Both the position numbers and the translations under genes were made by a program. From Bacteroidales bacterium (GTDB lineage: Bacteria > Bacteroidota > Bacteroidia > Bacteroidales > UBA7960), in assembly GCA_046291875.1 (NCBI GenBank), contig JBKBSF010000014.1:4569-68568 (forward strand): a DNA stretch of 64,000 nucleotides, read 5' to 3'. The notes beneath the pieces are model-generated. The model did no database searches and had not been told where the DNA came from. It saw only the letters and a program-made list of their open reading frames with translations. Positions 8,036 to 18,569 of this stretch are shown in pieces. The first letter of the stretch is position 1. Each line of letters starts with the position of its first letter.

Positions 8036-10399
8036 TTGAAATACTATCACATTATCCGGGAAAAGCTACGGGCTTTCTGGCAAAGGCTCCGGCAGGATGC
8101 CGGCTACCGCAAACAGGTTGCCCTTCGTTCACTCAGGATCATCCTGCTGGGTATGGCAGCAGGATTTGCCCTTGTCCTGTTGTTGTTTCTGAGCGTATGG
8201 GCAGGATTGTGGGGAAAATTGCCCCGCATGGCCGAACTGGCCTCCATCGAAAACCAGGTCTCCTCCGAAGTGTATGCCATCGATGGCGAATTGCTGGGCA
8301 AATATTTCATTTATGACCGGTCGCAGGTGAGCCTGGAACAGATCTCCCCCAATGTTATCAACAGCCTCATAGCCACTGAGGATGCACGTTTTTACCGGCA
8401 CCGTGGTATCGACTACCGCAGCCTGGGACGGGTGTTTTTCAAGACCCTGCTCATGGGCGAAACCTCCGCAGGGGGTGGCAGCACCCTGAGCCAGCAGCTG
8501 GCCAAAAACCTGTACACCCGCCAGAACAATGGCATCATGTCGCTGCCGGTAAGCAAATTCAGGGAGTTTATCATTGCACACCGCCTGGAAAGAATTTATT
8601 CCAAAGAAGATATCCTGGTGCTGTATCTGAATACGGTGCCATTGGGCGAGAATGTTTTTGGCATCAGTGCCGCATCGCTTCGGTTTTTCAACAAAAATCC
8701 ACGCGATCTGAAGGTGGAGGAAGCTGCCGTGCTCATTGGCATGCTCAAAGCCACCAGCTTTTACAACCCGCGCAGGTTTCCCGAAAGGGCACTGCAACGG
8801 CGCAATACCGTTATCGGGCAATTGCAACGCTATGATTATATCACTGCGCAGCAGGCCGATTCCCTTCGCCAGATCCCCCTCACATTGGACTACAACCCCA
8901 TGACCCACAACCAGGGCCCCGCACCCTACTTCAGGGAGAAGCTGCGCCTGGAGGTGGTGAAGATCCTGGAAGAATACAACACGCGCCATCAGACCCAATA
9001 CAACCTTTACACCGACGGGCTGCGCATCTATACCACCATCGACTATCAGTTGCAGCTCAATGCCGAGCGGGCCCTGCGCCGCCAGCTGGCTGCCCAGCAA
9101 AAGATCCTCGACAACCACTTTCAACGGGCTACCCCACAGCGTGCAGCCTCGTTGCTGCGCTCGCTGATGCGAAACTCCGACCGCTACCGGTCCATGCAAA
9201 GGGCACGGGTGGCAGAAAAGGAGATCGAAGAGGCCTTTGCCCGTGAAGCCCTGCTGGAGATGTTCTCCTGGGAGGGCCCCAAAGAGATGCGTATCAGCCC
9301 CATGGACTCTATCTTCCGTGCCCAGCAGATCATGCATGCCGGACTGGTATCGGTGGATGCTTCCAACGGACACATTCGGGCATGGGTGGGCGGTATCGAC
9401 TTCAGGTACTTCCAGTACGACCATGTGCAGGCACGCCGCCAGGCAGGCTCTACCTTCAAACCCTTCGTGTATGTTACGGCCCTGCAAATGGGGGTAGATC
9501 CGTGCGAATACGTCAGCAACGAGATACAGGTGTATGAAGATTTCGACGACTGGAGCCCACAGAACGCCAGCAGAGACCACGAAGGCTACTACAGCATGCT
9601 GGGTGCACTGGCACGATCTGTAAACACCATCAGCGCACACTACATCAGCCAGACCGGTGTTTTGCCCGTGATTGAGAATGCCCGTAAGGCCGGCATCCGC
9701 TCTCCCCTGCCCCCCGTGCCATCACTGGCCCTGGGCACTGCCGATGTAAGCCTGCTGGAGATGACACTGGCCTATGCACCCTTCCTCAACGAAGGGCAAA
9801 CCCTTGAACCCATCTGGCTGCTGCGCATAGAAGACAAAAATGGCACTGTGCTGTGGGAGGATAAACGTAAACGCAATCCCTCACAGGCATGGGAACCCCA
9901 TGTGGCCCTGCTGAGCAGAGAGATGCTCAGTGCTGTGGTTGACAGCGGTACCGCAGGCAGCCTGCGGTCGCGCCACGGGTTGCAGGGCAGTATAGCCGGT
10001 AAGACCGGAACCACCCAAAACAATGCCGACACCTGGTTTGTGGGTTTTAGTCCGCAACTCATTACCGGTGTATGGACCGGCCTGGAAAACCCTGCCTTTG
10101 CAGCCCTGTATGGCTCTCCGCTGGGATCGGGCGGCAGTGCTGTGCCTGTTTGGGGCGATTACATGCGCGAGGTGCAACGATCGGCACGCACCCGCAAATA
10201 TGCCCAGGGAAGCTTCTCACCGGTGCCCGACAGCCTGGCCCTGCAACTGCAGTGCGCCATGTTCCTGGAGGAGCTGCCCACAGAAAGCTGGTGGGAAAAT
10301 ATTTTCGGCACCCCCGATGAGCGCCACGAAAAACGGCCTGATCGCCAAAGAAAAGAGCGACCAAGCCGGTTACGAAGATTTTTCGAGAATATTTTCTGA
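8036..10399 (+). CDS. Class A penicillin-binding protein (PBP1A-type bifunctional glycosyltransferase/transpeptidase)
   Basis: GT51 motifs (ATEDARFYRHRGID, GGSTLSQQLAKNLY) and transpeptidase motifs STFKPFVY (SxxK) and KTGTT. Confidence 0.9.
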   Translation: MKYYHIIREKLRAFWQRLRQDAGYRKQVALRSLRIILLGMAAGFALVLLLFLSVWAGLWGKLPRMAELASIENQVSSEVYAIDGELLGKYFIYDRSQVSLEQISPNVINSLIATEDARFYRHRGIDYRSLGRVFFKTLLMGETSAGGGSTLSQQLAKNLYTRQNNGIMSLPVSKFREFIIAHRLERIYSKEDILVLYLNTVPLGENVFGISAASLRFFNKNPRDLKVEEAAVLIGMLKATSFYNPRRFPERALQRRNTVIGQLQRYDYITAQQADSLRQIPLTLDYNPMTHNQGPAPYFREKLRLEVVKILEEYNTRHQTQYNLYTDGLRIYTTIDYQLQLNAERALRRQLAAQQKILDNHFQRATPQRAASLLRSLMRNSDRYRSMQRARVAEKEIEEAFAREALLEMFSWEGPKEMRISPMDSIFRAQQIMHAGLVSVDASNGHIRAWVGGIDFRYFQYDHVQARRQAGSTFKPFVYVTALQMGVDPCEYVSNEIQVYEDFDDWSPQNASRDHEGYYSMLGALARSVNTISAHYISQTGVLPVIENARKAGIRSPLPPVPSLALGTADVSLLEMTLAYAPFLNEGQTLEPIWLLRIEDKNGTVLWEDKRKRNPSQAWEPHVALLSREMLSAVVDSGTAGSLRSRHGLQGSIAGKTGTTQNNADTWFVGFSPQLITGVWTGLENPAFAALYGSPLGSGGSAVPVWGDYMREVQRSARTRKYAQGSFSPVPDSLALQLQCAMFLEELPTESWWENIFGTPDERHEKRPDRQRKERPSRLRRFFENIF

Positions 10400-10404
10400 T
10401 TTGA

Positions 10405-10875
10405 TCAGTTGCGCCCGCGCCCTCGCTGGGCCCCGCGGCTTTCGCGAAGCAGGTTGCGGTTGAAATTTCTTTCTGCCTCATAGAGCTTTACCACCTTGCG
10501 CAGGGGTAAGATCTCCTTGAACCGTTCGTGGTACTGGCGGCGTAAAGCAGTCATCTCTTCCATATTGGCAATTTCCATGTCGGCCAGCTCCAGCAGCTGT
10601 GCATCGGTAAGCTGATCCAGCTCTGCCAGGCGAAGGCGTGCAGTTCTGTGGCGCACCATCATCTCATCTCGCTTGCGGTTGAACTCATTGTAAACCGGCC
10701 AGAAAACCTGTGCTTCTGCAGGGCTGAGCTCAAGCTCGGCGGTGAGAAAAGCAATGCGTCGTGCTTCCATCTGCCTGTGCTGCTCCTGCCGCTCACCCAT
10801 CTGGGCTGCCGAAACCAGGGAAAAAGTCACCAAAACCAGAGAGAAAACTGCGGATAAAAAGTTCTTTCGATACAT
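10405..10875 (-). CDS. Periplasmic LTXXQ / Spy-CpxP-like protein (signal peptide plus helical repeats)
   Basis: Signal peptide MYRKNFLSAVFSLVLVTFSLVSA, then LSPAEAQVFWPVYNEFNRKRDE… and LTDAQLLELADME… repeats; last gene of the ECF sigma operon. Confidence 0.6.
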   Translation of the reverse strand: MYRKNFLSAVFSLVLVTFSLVSAAQMGERQEQHRQMEARRIAFLTAELELSPAEAQVFWPVYNEFNRKRDEMMVRHRTARLRLAELDQLTDAQLLELADMEIANMEEMTALRRQYHERFKEILPLRKVVKLYEAERNFNRNLLRESRGAQRGRGRN

Positions 10876-10918
10876 AGGGTTGAGTTTTTGTGTTGCGCAA
10901 ATCAGATGGATTGAACCA

Positions 10919-11395
10919 TTAATCGAGAAGATCATCAATACCATCACCATGATAATCCAGGATATACTCTATAATGAAATCATCGCTGGGCACCACCTCT
11001 TCAGGGGAAGTGTCGTCCATTACCATATCCAGGTAAATATCGGTCTGATAGTCGGAGTACCAGGCCAGGTACTCCTCGTAAATAAGGTTGTCGTGTTCGC
11101 TGAGCAGATCGCCGTTGCCGGATTGATAAAGGAAGAAAAGGGCAGCAAAGGCTATGGCAAACAAAGTGGCAGCCACAGCAACAGGACGAAGCACCAGCAG
11201 GAATATCTCACGAGGGGTTCTGCGCTTGCGTTGGTGGATTTTCTCTGCGATGCTCTCAGGCATCTGCCCGAAGAAACCCTGCGGTACAACAAAGGGATTG
11301 GAGCCGGAGAATTTCTCCAGTTCCGGGGCTATTTCCCGCAGTTCCTTCCTGATATCGTCGTTGGGCATGTGCATAGTTGTATGGTGTTTAGACAC
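10919..11395 (-). CDS. Putative anti-sigma factor (single-TM protein with an acidic C-terminal domain)
   Basis: Cytoplasmic N-terminus, a TM segment (IFLLVLRPVAVAATLFAIAFAALFFLY) and a D/E-rich periplasmic tail; sits immediately downstream of the ECF sigma gene. The annotated start at 11395 is a GTG; an in-frame ATG at 11374 is an alternative. Confidence 0.55.
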   Translation of the reverse strand: MSKHHTTMHMPNDDIRKELREIAPELEKFSGSNPFVVPQGFFGQMPESIAEKIHQRKRRTPREIFLLVLRPVAVAATLFAIAFAALFFLYQSGNGDLLSEHDNLIYEEYLAWYSDYQTDIYLDMVMDDTSPEEVVPSDDFIIEYILDYHGDGIDDLLD

Positions 11396-11412
11396 AGAAA
11401 CTCCGCCGGGGT

Positions 11413-11970
11413 TTAATATGCCTTCATATAATCTTCAATTTTTTTTGCGGCATGATGGTAAGATGCCTTCAGAGCTCCTACCGATGTACCTAATACATCA
11501 GACATCTCCTCGTATTTCAGCTCATCGAAGTATCGCATATTAAATACCAGGCGTTGTTTTTCGGGCAGCTGCAGGATGGCTTTCTGTAGTTTTCGCTCTA
11601 TCTCCGATCCGGAAAAAGCCTGTGAGGTTTCCAGCGAACTCTCCAGGGTATATTCCACATCGCTCCAGGGCAGGAAAGACCAGCGTTTCTTCTTTTTGAG
11701 AAAGCTCAAGGCTTCGTTGGTGGCAATGCGGTACAGCCATGTAAAAAGCCCGGAATCGGCCCTGAATTCTCCAAGGCCTTTCCAGGCTTTAACAAAGGTA
11801 TCCTGGGTGAGGTCGCTGGCATCTTCGTGTTCTATCACCATCCTTCGGATGTGCCAGTAAACCTTCTCCTGGTATTTCCTTACAATAAGATTGAATGCAT
11901 AACCTGAGTTATCGGGGTTATGAAACATTTTGAGCAATACATCATCGTCGTAATGGCTCATGCAGAGCAA
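11413..11970 (-). CDS. RNA polymerase ECF-type sigma-70 factor
   Basis: Region 2 (DLTQDTFVKAWKGLGEF…FTWLYRIATNEALSF) and region 4 (LPEKQRLVFNMRYFDELKYEEMSDVLGTSVGALKASYHHAAKKI). Confidence 0.9.
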   Translation of the reverse strand: MLCMSHYDDDVLLKMFHNPDNSGYAFNLIVRKYQEKVYWHIRRMVIEHEDASDLTQDTFVKAWKGLGEFRADSGLFTWLYRIATNEALSFLKKKKRWSFLPWSDVEYTLESSLETSQAFSGSEIERKLQKAILQLPEKQRLVFNMRYFDELKYEEMSDVLGTSVGALKASYHHAAKKIEDYMKAY

Positions 11971-11973
11971 GGT

Positions 11974-12930
11974 TTATTTTTTCCTTGCTACGGCTTTCAG
12001 TGCTGCCTGTGCAATATGTTCTGCATCCAGACCATACTTTTTCATCAGTTGGTCGGGGGTGCCACTTTCGCCAAACTGATCCCAAACAGCAATCCTTTCC
12101 TGGGGTGCGGGGATATGTTGCGAAAGGACCTGCGAGATACAGTCGCCCAGACCACCATACACCTGGTGTTCTTCAGCCGTAACAACACACTGTGTTTTCT
12201 TTACAGACTCTATGACGGCTTCCACATCCAAAGGTTTAATGGTGTGGATATTTATTATTTCGGCGCTAACCCCTTTCTGATGAAGAATTTTGCAGGCTTC
12301 CAGTGCTTCCCATACCAGGTGGCCGCAGGCAAAAATGCTCACATCGGTGCCGGGGCTGAGCATCTGGGCTTTACCAATCTCAAACTTCTGGTCGGCGGGA
12401 ATAAATACGGGCACCTTTGGGCGGCCAAAGCGAAGGTAAACCGGGCCCTGGTGCTCTGCAATGGCCAGGGTGGCTGCTTTGGTTTGGTTGTAGTCGCACG
12501 GTACAATTACGGTCATATGCGGCAGCATACGCATCATACCGATGTCCTCCAGGATCTGGTGGGTGGCACCGTCTTCTCCCAGGGTAAGACCGGCATGCGA
12601 GGCACATATCTTTACGTTCTTTCCTGAGTAGGCAATAGACTGGCGGATCTGGTCGTACACCCTGCCAGTTGAAAAATTGGCAAAGGTGCCGGTAAATGGG
12701 ATTTTACCTCCAATAGTAAGCCCGGCTGCAATGCTCATCATATTGGCCTCGGCAATGCCCACCTGGAAGAACCTCTCGGGAAACTCCTTGATGAAGGCGT
12801 CCATCTTCAATGAACCTATCAGGTCGGCACAAAGGGCTACAACCTCCGGATTTCTGCGGCCGGCTTCCACCAGTCCTGCACCAAAGCCCGAGCGGGTATC
12901 CTGCTTTTCAGTAAAAGTATATTCAATCAT
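11974..12930 (-). CDS. Transketolase, C-terminal (pyrimidine-binding) subunit
   Basis: [17 protein letters not shown]…[14 protein letters not shown]…PCDYNQT motifs. Confidence 0.9.
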   Translation of the reverse strand: MIEYTFTEKQDTRSGFGAGLVEAGRRNPEVVALCADLIGSLKMDAFIKEFPERFFQVGIAEANMMSIAAGLTIGGKIPFTGTFANFSTGRVYDQIRQSIAYSGKNVKICASHAGLTLGEDGATHQILEDIGMMRMLPHMTVIVPCDYNQTKAATLAIAEHQGPVYLRFGRPKVPVFIPADQKFEIGKAQMLSPGTDVSIFACGHLVWEALEACKILHQKGVSAEIINIHTIKPLDVEAVIESVKKTQCVVTAEEHQVYGGLGDCISQVLSQHIPAPQERIAVWDQFGESGTPDQLMKKYGLDAEHIAQAALKAVARKK

Positions 12931-12955
12931 GACTATAATAAGTTTTTTTATGTTA

Positions 12956-14341
12956 TCAATTGCTTAAGTTGACCACTATTGACACCCCCGATTGGACACG
13001 AAAGGGCCTGTCGATGGAAAAAATGGTTTGGTTGGAGGCTCTGGAACGGTACACCACTCTGTAATTGCCGGGCTGCAGGTACAGGGTTTCGCTTTGCACA
13101 TTGTCGCGCATTACGTGCACCTCGTGCAGCTCGTTGCCCTCTTCGTGCAGCACCTTGGCATGACCGTTGGCCGGCAGACGTATTACGGCTATGCCCGGCT
13201 GAGGCACCTCTACTGTGGTAGTATGGCTTTGCTTGATCTCCACATTGCGTATATGGATACGTGGCAACGACAATACCTCCAGATCGTAACGGCCCACCAG
13301 GTATTTCTCTGTATTGCCAAAGTTCTGGGTGGTGAGGGTTTCTGTTTCGCCATGCCTGCGCACAATGGCCCGGTAGGCTACCTGGGGCGATCCGCCTACC
13401 AGCAAGGTAAGCCGGCCCTGAGGAGCTGAAACAGGAATAATATTGTGCCGCCCCGGATTGATGCGGATACTGTCCTTGCGCACCGGAGGCATGGTATGCA
13501 CTACCATATCATAAATAACCAGGGGATCGAAATAGTGCAAGGTATCGGGTACCCCACGATGGTTGAGGGTATGCACAAAGTTCTCCATGATGCGCCCGCT
13601 GGTACGATCGTAAAACGTAATGGGCACATTGGTTTCGTTGGGCAGACCATTCACATCCAGCAGATTAACCTGCGCTGTGGTATTATCCAAAGCCTGCGAG
13701 ATCACTATATTCAGGCTTTGGCGGAACTCCACCTCGCTGGTGGCATCGAAATACTGCCCCACACATTCGAAATCGGCTCTGAAGTCGCGGCCAATCCCAA
13801 TGATAAAGGGTTTAAGGATAATACCTTTTGCCTGCAGGTCGCGCGATACAGCGCACGGATCACCACCGCACTCTTCAATACCATCGGTAATAAGAACGAT
13901 GATATTGCGGCAATTGTCGCAGGGAGGGAAGTCGTGCTGGGCTCTCTCCAGCGACATGGCGATGGGTGTGGTACCCCGGGGGGTAATACTTCGCAAGCGC
14001 TGCTTGATATTCCATACGTTATTATCGGCAAAAGGGATCTCCAGCCGCGAATCGTCGCAGTCCTGGGGCGGGAAACGTTTCTGGTGCCCGTAAACCCTCA
14101 GGGCAAGCTGCGTATTTTCGATATGGGCAAGGCTGTCGAGGAGTTCGATGAGCAGATTGCGGGCAATATTGATGCGCATATCGCTCTGCCAGCGGGCAAA
14201 CATACTTTGCGAGGCATCGAAGATAAAAAGGATCCTTGTCAGAGGCGGCTGTTTCTTTTCCTGTACCGGGGGTTGGCCCGGGGAAAGACTCACTGCTCCT
14301 GTAAGCAGGACAAATAGAATGAAATAATTCCTTAACTTCAA
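12956..14341 (-). CDS. Secreted von Willebrand factor A (VWA) domain protein
   Basis: Signal peptide, then the MIDAS motif [11 protein letters not shown]…[10 protein letters not shown]; 461 aa. It lies between the two transketolase subunit genes on the same strand. Confidence 0.75.
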   Translation of the reverse strand: MKLRNYFILFVLLTGAVSLSPGQPPVQEKKQPPLTRILFIFDASQSMFARWQSDMRINIARNLLIELLDSLAHIENTQLALRVYGHQKRFPPQDCDDSRLEIPFADNNVWNIKQRLRSITPRGTTPIAMSLERAQHDFPPCDNCRNIIVLITDGIEECGGDPCAVSRDLQAKGIILKPFIIGIGRDFRADFECVGQYFDATSEVEFRQSLNIVISQALDNTTAQVNLLDVNGLPNETNVPITFYDRTSGRIMENFVHTLNHRGVPDTLHYFDPLVIYDMVVHTMPPVRKDSIRINPGRHNIIPVSAPQGRLTLLVGGSPQVAYRAIVRRHGETETLTTQNFGNTEKYLVGRYDLEVLSLPRIHIRNVEIKQSHTTTVEVPQPGIAVIRLPANGHAKVLHEEGNELHEVHVMRDNVQSETLYLQPGNYRVVYRSRASNQTIFSIDRPFRVQSGVSIVVNLSN

Positions 14342-14440
14342 TTCATATGGTATTTAAAGGTTCCTCAATTTCCCTTGTTTTACGACAGCAGCCGGCATAA
14401 GTTGCACGATCCGGTTGCCGGATTATGTTTTGCAGCGGGA

Positions 14441-15286
14441 TCAATAATCGCCCAGAGTGGCTTCAAAACTGGCCAAGGCCTTTTCCAGCTGCTCATCGTT
14501 GGGAGCAATGCCGTGCCATTTGTGCGATCCCATCATGAAATCGACACCATAGCCCATTTCGGTGCGCATAAGGATGAGCACGGGCTTCTGGTTGCCACAT
14601 TTCTGTTTTGCCTGGGGTATTACTTCCAGGATCTGCTGCATATCATTTCCGTTCATCTCCAGTACTTCCCATCCAAAGGCTTCCCATTTGGCTTTCAGAT
14701 CGCCCAAAGGCATCACTTTATCTACGGGGCCATCGATCTGCTGACCGTTGTAGTCAACAATACCAATCAGGTTGTCCACCTTACGACCGGCGGCAAACAT
14801 GGCAGCTTCCCAGATCTGGCCTTCCTGCAGCTCGCCGTCGCCCATCAGGCAATATACCGTGGAGGGGTCGTTGTTGAGCTTTTTGGCAAGGGCAGCACCA
14901 CAGGCTACGCTCAAGCCCTGCCCCAGCGAACCACTGGCTACACGAACCCCGGGCAATCCTTCCTCGGTAGCGGGATGCCCCTGCAAACGCGAATTGATCT
15001 TACGAAAGGTCGACAACTCCTTCACATCAAAATAACCACTGCGAGCCAGTACACTGTACCAAACTGCCGACAGGTGCCCATTGGACAGGAAAAAAGCATC
15101 CTCTCCGTGCGCATCCATATCAAATGCATTGGGATTGTGCTTCATCAGCGAAAAATACATGGCCGTAAAAAAATCAGCACACCCCAGGGCTGCACCCGGG
15201 TGACCCGATTGTACAGCATGTACCATTCGTAAACAATCACGCCGCACCTGCGCCGCTATCTGTTGCAATTCTTTAATATCAGGCAT
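14441..15286 (-). CDS. Transketolase, N-terminal (thiamine-diphosphate-binding) subunit
   Basis: SGHPGAALGCADFFTAMYF…GSLGQGL…CLMGDGELQEGQIWEA motifs. Confidence 0.9.
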   Translation of the reverse strand: MPDIKELQQIAAQVRRDCLRMVHAVQSGHPGAALGCADFFTAMYFSLMKHNPNAFDMDAHGEDAFFLSNGHLSAVWYSVLARSGYFDVKELSTFRKINSRLQGHPATEEGLPGVRVASGSLGQGLSVACGAALAKKLNNDPSTVYCLMGDGELQEGQIWEAAMFAAGRKVDNLIGIVDYNGQQIDGPVDKVMPLGDLKAKWEAFGWEVLEMNGNDMQQILEVIPQAKQKCGNQKPVLILMRTEMGYGVDFMMGSHKWHGIAPNDEQLEKALASFEATLGDY

Positions 15287-15289
15287 TTC

Positions 15290-15624
15290 TTGCGATTTAT
15301 TATTTTTTGGTTAAACAATTTAAGCCCAGTTTCAAAGCACAAAGGTACGCAATAATGAAAACAGAGTGAATGCTTTTTTTGCCTCAACAGACTTTTATGA
15401 GCAAAACACCCTTTTGCGGGAACCGAAAATTAGCCGGTTTTTTACTTTTTGCTTTTTTTTAGGGCACCCCCCTCAAAAAAACAAGGAAGGGTTTTCTTTT
15501 TTTCATCTATTTTCACCTCACCCCCTCACTTTTTCATCCACCCTCAATTTTTTTCTACTTTTTTCTTGACACACCCCATCTTTTTTTTACCTTTGCTTCG
15601 AAATTTTTAAAAAACCGAACCTCC
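15290..15624. promoter_or_regulatory. Divergent promoter region (transketolase N-subunit leftwards, glnN rightwards) with alternating C-rich (CACCCC-TCA) blocks and T6-T8 tracts
   Basis: Four or more copies of a CACCC(C)TCA motif, each followed by a T-run, between 15460 and 15590. Confidence 0.35.
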
Positions 15625-17817
15625 ATGAGCAACCGAAGATTTACTGCATTAAAAGAAGCATTGAGCCACGCTCCGCAGGAAATACCTGTCGTTCCCACCA
15701 AAGTATCTGAGTATTTTGGCAACAATGTGTTCAACGACAAAGCCATGCGCGAGTACCTTCCCGACGATGTGTACCGCAGCATCAGCGAGAACATTGAAAA
15801 ATCAGAACGTATCGACAAAAAGGTAGCCGACCAGGTTGCTTCGGCCATGCGTGCCTGGGCCATCAGCAAAGGTGCAACGCACTATACCCACTGGTTTCTG
15901 CCTCTCAATGGTGCCACTGCCGAAAAACATGACTCCTTCTTCAGCCCTTCCACTTCCGACAACCGTAGCATAGAGCAGTTCGACGGCAGCAAATTGGTAC
16001 AACAGGAACCCGATGCCAGCAGTTTTCCCAGTGGCGGATTGCGCAACACCTTCGAAGCAAGAGGATACTCTGCCTGGGACCCCTCATCCCCTGCCTTTAT
16101 CATGGATGGCACCCTTTGCATCCCCACCATATTTGTATCTTACACAGGTGAAGCCCTTGACTTCAAAATGCCTTTGCTGAAAACCCTCAGCCTGATCGAC
16201 TCTGTAGCCACCGACATCTGCCAGTTGTTCGACCGCAGCATTACCCGCGTATATCCTACCCTGGGATGGGAACAGGAGTATTTTCTTATTGACGAGGCCC
16301 TGTATCATGCCCGCCCCGACCTGGTAATGACCGGCCGCACCCTCCTGGGCCACTCTCCTGCCAAGGGCCAGCAGCTTGAAGATCATTACTTTGGTGCCAT
16401 TGCCCCGCGTGTAAAGGCCTTCATGAGCGAATTTGAGGTGGAAGCCTGGAAACTGGGTATCCCGGTAAAAACCCGTCACAACGAGGTGGCTCCCAACCAG
16501 TTTGAGCTTGCTCCCGTTTACGAGGAGGCCAATATTGCCATCGACCACAATCAGCTGGTAATGGTAATTATGGATAAAGTGGCCCGTAAGCACAAATTCC
16601 GCATCCTCTTCCATGAGAAACCTTTTGCAGGAGTAAACGGAAGTGGTAAACACAACAACTGGTCGCTGGCAACCAACACCGGAAAAAACCTGCTCAGCCC
16701 CGGCCATACCCCCAAAACCAACCTGCTCTTCCTTACGTTCTTCATCAACTTCATCAAAGCAGTGCACCAGCATGCCGATCTGCTGCGTGCAGCCATTGCT
16801 TCTGCAGGCAACGACCACCGGCTTGGTGCCAATGAGGCTCCGCCCGCCATTATCTCTGTTTTTATTGGCTCGCAGCTCACCCAGGTACTCAACGACCTGG
16901 AAAAAAAGGTAAAAGACCGCAAAATGACACCCGATGAGAAGACCGACCTTAAACTGAACATCGGAAAAATTCCGCAAATCATTCTGGACAATACCGACCG
17001 CAACCGCACCTCTCCCCTGGCTTTTACAGGCAACAAGTTTGAATTCAGGGCCGTAGGATCGTCTGCCAACTGTGCCCCTGCCATGATTGTACTCAACACC
17101 ATACTGGCCGAGCAGCTCAAACTATTCAAACTGCAGGTAGATCAGGCCATGGAAAAAGGAGAAGATAAGGATGAGGCGATCTTTAAAATACTCCGGGATT
17201 ACATTATCGAATCGCGCCCCATTTTGTTTGAAGGCAACGGATACAGCGACGAATGGGTTGAAGAGGCTGCCCGCAGAGGCCTTTCCAATTTCAAAAACAC
17301 CCCCGATGCTCTGGCAGCCTATGTATCTGACAGCACCATGAAGTTGTTTACCGAAAACAACATATTTACCCATAAAGAGCTGGAAGCACGCTGGGAGATC
17401 AGGCACGAAAACTATGCTAAGGTGATCCAGATCGAATCCAGGGTACTGGCCGACCTTGCCGGAAACCACATCATCCCCACTGCCATCCGCTACCAGAATA
17501 TACTGGTGGAGAATGTGAAGGGATTGAAAGAGATCCTCTCAGAAGAACAGTTTAACAAACAGGCTGAATTGCAACGCTACATCATCGGCAAGATCTCCGA
17601 ACATATTATAAGTATTCGCGAAGATGTAAAAAACATGATTGAACAGCGCAAAGAAGCCAACAGCATTGAACACGCCGGCGAAAGAGCCACTTTCTACTGC
17701 AATGTGGTGAAGCCCTACCTGGAGCAGATCCGCTATCATGTAGACAAGCTGGAAGTGCTGGTTGACGACGAAATGTGGACCCTTCCCAAATACAGGGAAA
17801 TGCTCTTCATTAAATAA
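15625..17817 (+). CDS. glnN: Glutamine synthetase type III (GSIII)
   Basis: 730 aa, the size of GSIII enzymes such as the Bacteroides one; also carries GS-family motifs (…KPFAGVNGSGKHNNWS…, NEVAPNQFELAPVYE). Confidence 0.85.
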   Translation: MSNRRFTALKEALSHAPQEIPVVPTKVSEYFGNNVFNDKAMREYLPDDVYRSISENIEKSERIDKKVADQVASAMRAWAISKGATHYTHWFLPLNGATAEKHDSFFSPSTSDNRSIEQFDGSKLVQQEPDASSFPSGGLRNTFEARGYSAWDPSSPAFIMDGTLCIPTIFVSYTGEALDFKMPLLKTLSLIDSVATDICQLFDRSITRVYPTLGWEQEYFLIDEALYHARPDLVMTGRTLLGHSPAKGQQLEDHYFGAIAPRVKAFMSEFEVEAWKLGIPVKTRHNEVAPNQFELAPVYEEANIAIDHNQLVMVIMDKVARKHKFRILFHEKPFAGVNGSGKHNNWSLATNTGKNLLSPGHTPKTNLLFLTFFINFIKAVHQHADLLRAAIASAGNDHRLGANEAPPAIISVFIGSQLTQVLNDLEKKVKDRKMTPDEKTDLKLNIGKIPQIILDNTDRNRTSPLAFTGNKFEFRAVGSSANCAPAMIVLNTILAEQLKLFKLQVDQAMEKGEDKDEAIFKILRDYIIESRPILFEGNGYSDEWVEEAARRGLSNFKNTPDALAAYVSDSTMKLFTENNIFTHKELEARWEIRHENYAKVIQIESRVLADLAGNHIIPTAIRYQNILVENVKGLKEILSEEQFNKQAELQRYIIGKISEHIISIREDVKNMIEQRKEANSIEHAGERATFYCNVVKPYLEQIRYHVDKLEVLVDDEMWTLPKYREMLFIK

Positions 17818-17838
17818 GGTTTTGCCACCTTGAATGAA

Positions 17839-17880
17839 AAGAGGCTGCCTGCGTTTGCGCGGGCAGCCTCTTGCTTTGAA
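17839..17880. terminator. Bidirectional rho-independent terminator between convergent glnN and the ABC ATPase gene
   Basis: Perfect 11-bp stem aagaggctgcc / ggcagcctctt with a 12-nt loop, flanked by A- and T-rich sequence. Confidence 0.65.
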
Positions 17881-17893
17881 TACATTATTTTTA

Positions 17894-18559
17894 TCACAGG
17901 CTTTGTTGCTGCACCATCAAACCATCTTTCATGGTGATTTTTCGGTCGGCCATATTGGCCAGCTCCTGGTTGTGTGTTACAATCACAAATGTTTGCCCAA
18001 GCTTTTCGCGCAACTGAAAAAAGAGCTTGTGAAGCTCTGCCGATGTTTCAGAGTCCAGGTTTCCGCTGGGCTCGTCGGCAAGTACTACTGCGGGCTCATT
18101 GATCAGCGAGCGGGCCACTGCCACCCTCTGCTGTTCTCCTCCCGACAGCTGACCCGGTTTGTGGGTGAGGCGATCGGCCAATCCCAGCAGCTGCAGCAAC
18201 TCTCTGGCCCTGGTTTCGGTTTTCTGGGGCGAACGGTTGCCAATAAATGCCGGAATGCACACATTCTCCAATGCCGTAAACTCCGGCAACAAATGGTGAA
18301 ACTGAAAAACAAAACCAATGTTATTGTTTCGGAAAGCGGAAAGTTGTTTGTCGTTGAGGCCAAGCAGCGACTGTCCGTTGATGCTGATCTGCCCCTGGTC
18401 GGCTTTATCCAGGGTACCCAGGATATGCAACAGGGTGGTTTTGCCTGCACCTGAGGCTCCTACAATGGAAACAATTTCCGATCGGGCAATCTGCAGATCA
18501 ATCCCCTTGAGTACCTGAAGAGATCCATAGGCTTTTCTGATGTTGGTGGCTTGTATCAT
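17894..18559 (-). CDS. ABC transporter ATP-binding protein (LolD/MacB-associated type)
   Basis: Walker [10 protein letters not shown], signature [10 protein letters not shown], Walker [12 protein letters not shown]. Confidence 0.9.
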   Translation of the reverse strand: MIQATNIRKAYGSLQVLKGIDLQIARSEIVSIVGASGAGKTTLLHILGTLDKADQGQISINGQSLLGLNDKQLSAFRNNNIGFVFQFHHLLPEFTALENVCIPAFIGNRSPQKTETRARELLQLLGLADRLTHKPGQLSGGEQQRVAVARSLINEPAVVLADEPSGNLDSETSAELHKLFFQLREKLGQTFVIVTHNQELANMADRKITMKDGLMVQQQSL

Positions 18560-18569
18560 GTTGGGTCTT

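Noticed and set aside
8129-9640. 503-aa minus-strand ORF inside the PBP1A gene
   Set aside because: Antisense to a gene with clear GT51 and SxxK/KTG motifs; its composition (H/G/V/A-rich) looks like an artefact of the codon-usage shadow.
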